Source of the DNA: Candidatus Heimdallarchaeota archaeon
Lineage (GTDB): Archaea > Asgardarchaeota > Heimdallarchaeia > Hodarchaeales > Hodarchaeaceae
Reading direction: 5' to 3'
Assembly: GCA_048881705.1 (NCBI GenBank)
Contig: JBHLSH010000074.1
Location: forward strand, 1-19,460
DNA length: 19,460 bases
This document shows positions 1-7,011 of this stretch, piece after piece. The position numbers were made by a program, and so were the translations under genes. The notes under the pieces were generated by a model that saw only the letters and a program-made list of their open reading frames with translations, did not search any database and had not been told where the DNA came from. The first letter of the stretch is position 1. Each line of letters opens with the position of its first letter.

Positions 1-37
1 CTCCAACCAATCATAGAACAAGAAACTTAGAGTAACC

Positions 38-45
38 TTTATAAG
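38..45 (+). promoter_or_regulatory. Candidate archaeal TATA box of the histone gene
   Basis: TTTATAAG with a purine-rich stretch (AGAGTAAC) just upstream. It predicts a TSS near 67-70, about 75 nt before the ATG at 142. Confidence 0.55.
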
Positions 46-66
46 ACGTACATATATTTTGCCTCG

Positions 67-90
67 TGTGAGCGATAAAAAACGCTCACA
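67..90 (+). repeat. Perfect 8-bp inverted repeat (hairpin or operator) at the predicted histone TSS
   Basis: TGTGAGCG (67-74), loop ATAAAAAA (75-82), CGCTCACA (83-90). Confidence 0.85.
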
Positions 91-119
91 ACAAAAAATT
101 AGCACATAAAAACAACACT

Positions 120-132
120 AGGAGAAAAGGTG
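120..132 (+). promoter_or_regulatory. Shine-Dalgarno-like elements for the histone
   Basis: AGGAG at 120-124 and AGGTG at 128-132, the latter 9 nt before the ATG at 142. Confidence 0.6.
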
Positions 133-141
133 TAAAGAAAA

Positions 142-345
142 ATGTCTGGTTTTGCACGTGCAAGAGTAGAGAAAGTCATTCGTGATGCTGGCGCTCACCG
201 AGTTTCAGCAGATGCAATCAATCGCCTGAACGAAATCCTTACGGACAAAGGAATGGCTATTGCTAAGTACGCTGTAGAGATTGCCAAGCACTCTGGACGG
301 AAAACTGTCAAAGAATCTGACATCCGTCTTGCCTCTACCAAATAA
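142..345 (+). CDS. Archaeal histone (HMf-type histone fold, no N-terminal tail), 67 aa
   Basis: Histone-fold signature: RVEKVIRDAGAHRVS (AGA loop, RV motif) and AKHSGRKTVKESDIRLA (H, RKTV, D, L conserved as in HMfA/B). Confidence 0.97.
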   Translation: MSGFARARVEKVIRDAGAHRVSADAINRLNEILTDKGMAIAKYAVEIAKHSGRKTVKESDIRLASTK

Positions 346-366
346 GCACTCAAAATTGATTTCCTT

Positions 367-405
367 TGAAGACTTTAGGTCTTCACCCATTTTTTTTTCT
401 TTTTT
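367..405 (+). terminator. Hairpin plus U-tract terminator / 3' end element of the histone mRNA
   Basis: TGAAGAC-TTTAG-GTCTTCA stem-loop (367-385), then CCCA, T9 (390-398), C, T6 (400-405). Confidence 0.75.
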
Positions 406-592
406 CTCATTTGACTAGGTTAGGGAGAACCATTCATGTCTTGCGAATGCTAGAATTCTCGTTTGCTAGGTAAAATGAATATTGAACTCTTCTGGTTTAG
501 GTTCCATCTTTCCTCTCGGAGATATAATTTTAGTTTAAAGTGGCAAATATTAGCAGATAGATCTGTAATTAGTTAAAAATAGGAGAATTTAT

Positions 593-1378
593 TCATTTTG
601 CGAGCTTTGCTTGGTCTGCAACTTGCAGCATGGCCTTCTGAATTTCTTCTGGATTACCAAGATAATAATGAGGTTTAATGGGATGCATCTCTCCATTAAC
701 CCATTCCAGTTCATAAATGAGCGGGATTCCCGTTGGAATGTTTAATTTGAGAATCTCATCATTTGATACATCATCCAAATACTTGACGAGAGCACGAAGA
801 GAATTACCATGAGCTGAAACGAGGATTTTTTTTCCTGCCCTAAGAGAAGGGACAATCGTTTCGTGCCAATAGGGGAGAACTCGGGCGACAGTATCCTTTA
901 AGCATTCTGTAAGTGGTATATCATCAGGGTTGAGCATTTGATATCGTGGATCATGTCCGGGGTAGCGGGGATCACTTTTGGTGAGAGCAGGGGGTTGAAC
1001 ATCGTAGCTCCGTCTCCACATAAGCACTTGTTCTGCCCCATGTTTCTTCGCGGTCTCTTTTTTGTTTAAACCTTGAAGGGCCCCATAATGCCGTTCATTA
1101 AGGCGCCATGACCTTTGGACGGGTATCCACATGAGGTCCATCTCTTCAAGGACAATCCAAAGCGTGCGAATGGCTCGTTTAAGAACACTCGTAAAGGCCA
1201 GATCGAAGATGTAGCCTTCACCTCTCAGTATTTTGCCGGAATTTTGCGCTTCCCACACACCACGGTCTGATAGATCGACGTCCGTCCAACCAGAAAAAAG
1301 TCCCTCACTATTCCACGTAGATTCGCCATGTCTGAGAAGAACGATCTTGTAAATAATACTCTCCTCTCCTTTAATCAA
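593..1378 (-). CDS. gpmA: 2,3-bisphosphoglycerate-dependent phosphoglycerate mutase (dPGM); true start possibly ATT at 1354
   Basis: [10 protein letters not shown] phospho-His motif, [42 protein letters not shown] and [13 protein letters not shown]. Confidence 0.97.
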   Translation of the reverse strand: MIKGEESIIYKIVLLRHGESTWNSEGLFSGWTDVDLSDRGVWEAQNSGKILRGEGYIFDLAFTSVLKRAIRTLWIVLEEMDLMWIPVQRSWRLNERHYGALQGLNKKETAKKHGAEQVLMWRRSYDVQPPALTKSDPRYPGHDPRYQMLNPDDIPLTECLKDTVARVLPYWHETIVPSLRAGKKILVSAHGNSLRALVKYLDDVSNDEILKLNIPTGIPLIYELEWVNGEMHPIKPHYYLGNPEEIQKAMLQVADQAKLAK

Positions 1379-1796
1379 CCTTATATACCGTTTGGTTGTC
1401 CTTCCTTATTTCTTTCGTTATAAAACCATGCTTGGCTAGTTGATTCAAATAAATAATCTCTGTACTTTTCTTTCTCCGAGTCTTTCGGACTATATGTCCA
1501 GCAGTGACTGAACCAGAAAACTGTTTCAAGGCAAAAAATGTACGTCGAAGGAGTCGGGGAACCTCTGGAAGGGAATCTACTCTACTAACGGTAACAGAAG
1601 GTAGGGATTCCTTAATCCGATCTTTTATGGCTAATACAAGGCTGATGGTTTCCTCTACAGTTAAAATTTTCTCTTTATCTCTCCAAGTGGCTTTTAATTC
1701 TGCCACAATCTCATCCACAGGAATTTTGGAACCATTGATTACTTCCAGAGCTGATGGGGTAATTTCGAAGCCAAGTTCACGCAATTTGCGCAACAT
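1371..1796 (-). CDS. Two-domain protein: N-terminal helical domain resembling the PolD DP1 N-terminus, C-terminal winged helix-turn-helix, 141 aa
   Basis: ATG preceded by GGTG at 5 nt spacing, with an in-frame stop just upstream. N-terminus [16 protein letters not shown]; C-terminus LRRTFFAL...[32 protein letters not shown] has the wHTH pattern. Abuts gpmA. Confidence 0.8.
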   Translation of the reverse strand: MLRKLRELGFEITPSALEVINGSKIPVDEIVAELKATWRDKEKILTVEETISLVLAIKDRIKESLPSVTVSRVDSLPEVPRLLRRTFFALKQFSGSVTAGHIVRKTRRKKSTEIIYLNQLAKHGFITKEIRKDNQTVYKVD

Positions 1797-2007
1797 CTCA
1801 ACACCATGAAATTGATTTAATCAGCCTCGTGGAAAATGTATCTATATTCTTTATAATTCTTCTTCCTCAACATAAAAAAAGAGTAAAAAATCGAGGTAAA
1901 ATCTTGACTCCTCCCGTGGAAACATCTAAAATGTTCCCGGAATAGGCGCTCCTTATAGAAAAAGCTTCTCACTTTCATTAAGTGTCGTTAGTGGGGTTCT
2001 GTCAGGC

Positions 2008-2529
2008 ATGAAAAGCTTCAGTTTGTTTCGTCGGGAGTGTGCGCTAAGAGATAACGAGAATTGTGAGTATTATCGAAAACCCACCCAGTGTCATCTCCTT
2101 AATTGCCCCGTTTTCGCGCCAGACACGCCGAAAAGGACCAAAGCTGCTATCTTACGTAGAATGAAAGATTCAGTTGTGTTTCATCCTTCGGACTTTGATT
2201 CTATGTCGCAAACTACCGTACAGGATTTGATGAATCAAGCTCGTGGCATCCCGAGAGAAGACACTTCCCCTCATTTATTGCAGCAGCCAGTTCATGCCGA
2301 AAAACCAGTTCAACGGTTGATATGCATGGTTTGTGAAGAACCGATCACTGATGATAGGTTTATCACGATCCGTGACCCAGCAGATATTATCATCTATCTT
2401 CACTCCAAAGGGAAATGTGAAGCTCGCTATGAGAATACAGAAAAAGTAAGACAAGATTTTCTCAATAGATATAAGCGCTTTCAAGAGAAAAGTAAAATTC
2501 CCGCACGTAAATCTAGAAAAAATAAGTAA
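2008..2529 (+). CDS. Hypothetical protein with two Cys/His metal-binding clusters, 173 aa
   Basis: C11-x7-C19-x8-C28-x4-C33 and C106-x2-C109-x22-H132-x4-C137; basic C-terminal tail; T-rich tract after the stop. Confidence 0.75.
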   Translation: MKSFSLFRRECALRDNENCEYYRKPTQCHLLNCPVFAPDTPKRTKAAILRRMKDSVVFHPSDFDSMSQTTVQDLMNQARGIPREDTSPHLLQQPVHAEKPVQRLICMVCEEPITDDRFITIRDPADIIIYLHSKGKCEARYENTEKVRQDFLNRYKRFQEKSKIPARKSRKNK

Positions 2530-2590
2530 ACGAGGATTTTCGGCCATTATAAGACTCCATAAAACTTTTAGGTTTTTTTCAGTGATTGGA

Positions 2591-4213
2591 ATGACCCCAG
2601 TAATCCATTGGCGGAGACCCCAGACTGGAAGATCTGCAATATATTCGAAGAACGGGCTAGTATCCTCCTCTCAGCCTCTAGCATCTTCTGCAGGAATTGA
2701 TGTTCTCAAAGCAGGGGGCTCGGCCTGCGACGCCGCAATTGCCATGGCCTCGGTTCTGAACGTCGTTGAACCCTTTTCGACGGGTATAGGGGGTGATGTA
2801 TTTGCCCTTATTTACATTCCTGGTGATCCTAGCCCACGCGCCATCAATGGATCTGGATTTGCACCCAAAAGCCTTGGCTACCAACAGTTAACAGAAGAAC
2901 TGGGCCTCACTCAAATTCCTGTTAGGGGGCCCCTACCAATCACGGTTCCAGGCGCAGTTAGTGCTTGGCAAGCTATCCATGACCAGTATGGTCGGCTACC
3001 CTGGGAGGATATATTGAAACCTGCGATACGATACGCACAGGAAGGTTTTCCTGTGTCTCCTGTGATTGCCCACGTATGGAGAGATCAGGTTACTGTTTTA
3101 AGATCTCATAAGGGGGCTGCGAGAACCTATCTGACAAATAACCACCAAAGCCCCCAAACGGGCGAAATCTGGAAACAACCTGCTCTAGCTGATACTCTAG
3201 GGCAGATTGCAAAAGAGGGAAGTACAGTCTTTTACAATGGCGAAATTGCCTTCCGGATCGAAGAATTCATGCAACAAGAAGGCGGATATCTACAAGAGAC
3301 AGATCTGTCAAATTATGAGGCTGAATGGACAGATCCTATTTCTCTAGAACTATATGACAATCTTCTGTGGGAACATGGACCCAACGGCCAAGGACTTACC
3401 ACATTATTGATTTTAGCCATAGCAAAGGAGCTAGAAATCCATCAGTATCCTGTAAATTCGGCTAAATATTTGCACTGCCTAATTGAAGCGAAAAAAATAG
3501 CCTTTTCTGATGCCTTTGCTTATATAGCAGATCCGAAATGGATGGACCCCAATTGGAAAATGCTTTTATCACCAGATTATGCTAACCAGCGAGCGTCATT
3601 TATAAAGATGGATCGCGTCCAGAGGACACCATCTCTTCCGTATCCGCTTTTGGGAGAGGATACAGTGTATTTGACGGCGGTGGACGGAGAGGGTTATGCC
3701 ATTTCTTTCATCAATTCCTTGTTTAATGGTTTTGGCTCTGGAATAGTTGACCCTCAGACGGGGATTGCTTTTCAAAACCGGGGATCATGTTTTAACCTTG
3801 TGAAAAACCATCCAAATCAGTACGAGCCTGGCAAACGTCCTTTTCATACCATTATTCCAGCAATGATCACATCTCTTGATGGAGAGCTGCTTTACTCGTT
3901 TGGAGTAATGGGGGGTCACCACCAGCCACAAGGCCAGGCGCAAGTTTATCTCAATCTTGTAGTACACAATATGAATCCGCAGCAAGCAATTGAAACCCCC
4001 CGATTCCATCATGATCAATATACAAATACCCTTGCTTTAGAATCCCCAATTAATATAGAAACAAGACTGGGGCTTAGGAATAGAGGTCATAGGATAATAG
4101 AAGAGGTAGGTGCAAATTTCGGCGGGGGTCAGATAATTCAACGTGATCCTAAAAGCGAAGTATACTGTGCGGGATCGGATCCACGGAAGGACGGGCAGGC
4201 TCAAGGTTTTTGA
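2591..4213 (+). CDS. ggt: Gamma-glutamyltransferase family (Ntn hydrolase, YwrD-like, no signal peptide); ORF caller start GTG 2582
   Basis: GGSACDAAIAMA, EPFSTGIGGD, TVPGAVSAW, nucleophile Thr in EDTVYLTAVD, QNRG, PGKRPFHTIIP, GVMGGHHQPQG and GSDPRKDGQA. The ATG at 2591 has GTGA 5 nt upstream. Confidence 0.95.
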   Translation: MTPVIHWRRPQTGRSAIYSKNGLVSSSQPLASSAGIDVLKAGGSACDAAIAMASVLNVVEPFSTGIGGDVFALIYIPGDPSPRAINGSGFAPKSLGYQQLTEELGLTQIPVRGPLPITVPGAVSAWQAIHDQYGRLPWEDILKPAIRYAQEGFPVSPVIAHVWRDQVTVLRSHKGAARTYLTNNHQSPQTGEIWKQPALADTLGQIAKEGSTVFYNGEIAFRIEEFMQQEGGYLQETDLSNYEAEWTDPISLELYDNLLWEHGPNGQGLTTLLILAIAKELEIHQYPVNSAKYLHCLIEAKKIAFSDAFAYIADPKWMDPNWKMLLSPDYANQRASFIKMDRVQRTPSLPYPLLGEDTVYLTAVDGEGYAISFINSLFNGFGSGIVDPQTGIAFQNRGSCFNLVKNHPNQYEPGKRPFHTIIPAMITSLDGELLYSFGVMGGHHQPQGQAQVYLNLVVHNMNPQQAIETPRFHHDQYTNTLALESPINIETRLGLRNRGHRIIEEVGANFGGGQIIQRDPKSEVYCAGSDPRKDGQAQGF

Positions 4214-4336
4214 ACACTAAATTCATGCGTAATAGCGTTATTATCTCGAAATGGTGAATAACATAAAGGCAAGTAGAATTTTGTCGACTCTCTCCTATAG
4301 AGACTGGTTCTCAGTATTTACAATTATTAGATAGAC

Positions 4337-4345
4337 TTTTTAAAA
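4337..4345 (+). promoter_or_regulatory. Candidate TATA box for the 4370 gene (possibly leaderless transcript)
   Basis: TTTTTAAAA about 25 nt upstream of GTG 4370; no SD motif seen. Confidence 0.35.
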
Positions 4346-4369
4346 TGTATACAACAACATCTAAACGAA

Positions 4370-5350
4370 GTGCTCCTGTTGAAGGATGAGAGATCTTCCA
4401 AAGGCGAAGCGGAACCTGACCCGACAAAACCTAGTCCGTCGGAGCCTAGTAAAACTGATCTCTTTGCGCAAGAAAGAATTTTTTTTCCAGGAAGGATAAG
4501 CTTACTAGAAAGCATTGAAGACCAGCTAAATACGGTGGGTGATGTCTGGATCCATCATGGCTTCCGTGTTCCCTACGAAGACCCAATAACGTTTGAAGAT
4601 GTCTATGATATACATTATCATGATACTGTTATGATTCCCAGTATTCTGCATACCCTCTTTGACAAGATCGGTGGCAAAAGAACAACCAGCATTGCAGCAT
4701 TGAGTGGGATGAAAACACCCGATATAATATTAGTACAAGATCCTGCCACCATGAATACAGCCGTTTTATTTCAAGGAAATCTTTGGATCACTGAAATTCT
4801 TCTTCGAGAAGCTTCCATGCTCGATCCACTGCCACTTGCACGAACAAATGCAGTTACAGATATATTATCTGATCCACAATTAGTTGAAACATCGCAAGAT
4901 GACATCTCCATCGAAATTAACGGTTTTCGTACAAATGAAGGGACAACTCTAAGCCAGATCATAATCCCGCTTGATAGTGAATACCGCCCAAGGATAGGTG
5001 GGACAAGAGATCCTGCCATCCGTCTGAAAAATCCCATCCAACATCTTCCCGAAGCTGCCGAGCTGGTCCTAATGATTTCTGATGCCGTAACATCCTCAGC
5101 AAAACTCTACCTTGGGACAGTAAACATCCGCCTGCGAGAAGATCGTCCTGCTCCAGAACTTCCAGAAGAAGTAAACATCATCTGTATGAAAATCTACCGT
5201 AGATATCTTGACATTATTGAGGTTGGATCTCGAGCGCAACCCAAACAGTTTGGCCTTCACCCTAGTTCCTTGTTAAAATTTAGAATTTTTAGGACTGAGG
5301 TAATTAAATCAATTAAAACCCTTTCAACTCTTTTACATTTAAACTCGTAG
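4370..5350 (+). CDS. Hypothetical protein, 326 aa; no family recognised
   Basis: Long ORF filling the gap between ggt and the ArsR gene, with globular composition after a P/S/E-rich N-terminus. Start uncertain. Confidence 0.75.
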   Translation: MLLLKDERSSKGEAEPDPTKPSPSEPSKTDLFAQERIFFPGRISLLESIEDQLNTVGDVWIHHGFRVPYEDPITFEDVYDIHYHDTVMIPSILHTLFDKIGGKRTTSIAALSGMKTPDIILVQDPATMNTAVLFQGNLWITEILLREASMLDPLPLARTNAVTDILSDPQLVETSQDDISIEINGFRTNEGTTLSQIIIPLDSEYRPRIGGTRDPAIRLKNPIQHLPEAAELVLMISDAVTSSAKLYLGTVNIRLREDRPAPELPEEVNIICMKIYRRYLDIIEVGSRAQPKQFGLHPSSLLKFRIFRTEVIKSIKTLSTLLHLNS

Positions 5351-5389
5351 GTCAAAGACAGACTTACAATAGACGGTTAAAACAGGATT

Positions 5390-5884
5390 TCATTTTTTCG
5401 CTGATTGGTGCTCATCAATGACCTTCTTGGCCTCTTCAATCCAGATACGGGTTAAATCCAACCCATCAAGCTCTTCCTTAGCTTTTAAAAACTCCTTCTT
5501 TTTAGCTTGATATTCAGCCGGCTTAATTCGGCCGAGAACAAATCCCCGTTCGAGTTCATCTAATTTAGCGGTCATGATGCCGTCCATGGACTGGAAAAAA
5601 GTAATCATTGCGATGTCGATTGCATCCATCATTTCAAGTCCCGGAATAGTAAGGTGATACACGAAATGGGGAGTCGGGAACGGCTCAACAGTACGTTCAC
5701 AGATATAATTGGATTGAAGCAGTTTCAGATGCTTTTCCACAGCTGGGCGGCTGATATTCAGATTATCTGCAAGCTCTGCTGGATTTAGGGGTTCCTTGCT
5801 GAGCATTGTTAGGATCTTACGGCGTGTTCCATCGCTGAGAACTTTCAAAATTTCTTCGATTCGGAGTTCTAGTATTTTTCTCAC
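5390..5884 (-). CDS. ArsR/SmtB-family winged-helix regulator with C-terminal SHOCT-like extension, 164 aa
   Basis: ILKVLSDGTRRKILTML...PAELADNLNISRPAVEKHLKLL is the ArsR HTH. C-terminal KLDELERGFVLGRIKPAEYQAKKKEFL is SHOCT-like. Confidence 0.9.
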   Translation of the reverse strand: MRKILELRIEEILKVLSDGTRRKILTMLSKEPLNPAELADNLNISRPAVEKHLKLLQSNYICERTVEPFPTPHFVYHLTIPGLEMMDAIDIAMITFFQSMDGIMTAKLDELERGFVLGRIKPAEYQAKKKEFLKAKEELDGLDLTRIWIEEAKKVIDEHQSAKK

Positions 5885-6099
5885 GAAAAAAACACCGTCC
5901 GTTGTCCTGCCCGATCAAAAAACTCACATATATCTTTTACTTACATCTTCCTTTGACATATATGGATTATCTTCAGTCTTAAAATCCTCAGTTAACCCAA
6001 CGGTTTAACGAGGAAACCTTCAGGTTTGACGCCCAAGCTGATCCGTTTAGGATGTTTTTTATTGTTTCGTCACCGAAGCTTAATCAGATAGAATAAAAG

Positions 6100-6951
6100 G
6101 TGAATGACGTGTCGCGGAAAGAGATTGAAGAGTTACAAACCTTATTAAAAGCGCTAGATATAAGACTCAAGAATGATGAAATCACCGAACATGAATATGA
6201 AACAATAAAAATGAAATATCAGGCCCAACTCGAAGAACAGATGGCCGTTGTTAAAGAGAACAGCTTTTTGAAGGATCTTTCCTACGTATCCATTTCGGGC
6301 TCAGGAAAGGTAACGGATTCGTATGTCTCTATTTCTGGTTCAGGACGAGTAGAAGGCTGGCGAGGGGGCTCAATTTCCATTTCAGGATCTGGAAAGATAA
6401 CAGATGATGAGATAAAAATCAGCGGATCAGGTTCACTTCCTGGTGATATGGTAACTCAGAAACTAAAAGTTTCAGGTGCATTAAAGGTAGGTGGAGCCTT
6501 AGAAACTGAACAACTCATGAGTTCTGGCTCTTTAAAGATCGAAGGGCCATTAACCGTTACGGAAAAGCTTTCTATTTCTGGTTCTGGCAAAATTGAAGGT
6601 GATATTAATGCGCATGGTGCAATGGTTAGTACTAGCGGCGCATTAAAGGCGGAAGGAAACTTGGCGTGCAATGAAGCAGAAATGAACGGCTCTTACACCA
6701 TCGAGGGTAATGTGGACTGTAGTGGTTCTTTTCGATCAGAACTCAGCGGAAAAAGCCGAATTGAGGGTCATCTTTCGGCAGACGGGGATGTATACATTGA
6801 GCAGGATCGTTCCTCGGCCTCCTTAAAGGTAGAAAGTATCTATGCGAAGGGAAAGGTGTATTTGGAAGGTGTTAAAGCCCAATTAGTGCAAGGAACGTCA
6901 GTGGAATTGGGGCCAGATTGTGTTATCGAAAAAGTCGAGGAAAAAGGATAA
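6100..6951 (+). CDS. Polymer-forming cytoskeletal (bactofilin-like, YhbE/YhbF-type) beta-helix protein with N-terminal SHOCT-like helices; start possibly GTG 6109
   Basis: SISGSG occurs four times plus KISGSG and degenerate copies. C-terminus VYLEGVKAQLVQGTSVELGPDCVIEKVE resembles the YhbE/F ending. AGGTGA SD at 6098-6103 favours GTG 6109. Confidence 0.8.
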   Translation: MNDVSRKEIEELQTLLKALDIRLKNDEITEHEYETIKMKYQAQLEEQMAVVKENSFLKDLSYVSISGSGKVTDSYVSISGSGRVEGWRGGSISISGSGKITDDEIKISGSGSLPGDMVTQKLKVSGALKVGGALETEQLMSSGSLKIEGPLTVTEKLSISGSGKIEGDINAHGAMVSTSGALKAEGNLACNEAEMNGSYTIEGNVDCSGSFRSELSGKSRIEGHLSADGDVYIEQDRSSASLKVESIYAKGKVYLEGVKAQLVQGTSVELGPDCVIEKVEEKG

Positions 6952-7011
6952 TATCGGACCCTCCCTCATATTTTATGCCGGAAAAGCACCCTCTATTACT
7001 GAAATGGAAAA

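Noticed and set aside
67-90. Resemblance to the E. coli lac operator (TGTGAGCG half-site, GCG-ATAA) suggesting vector contamination
   Set aside because: It is not the lacO sequence (8-nt spacer, no AATT flanks), there are no vector features around it, and it sits naturally between a TATA box and an archaeal histone gene.
205-390. 61-aa minus-strand ORF
   Set aside because: Antisense shadow of the histone gene with no recognisable motif.
1504-1809. 101-aa plus-strand ORF
   Set aside because: Antisense to the better-supported 141-aa wHTH gene; Ser/Arg/Thr-rich shadow composition.
6289-6600. Repeated TCnATTTCnGGnTCnGG units as a CRISPR-like or mobile repeat
   Set aside because: They are in-frame coding repeats (SISGSG) that vary at synonymous positions and lack unique spacers of regular length.
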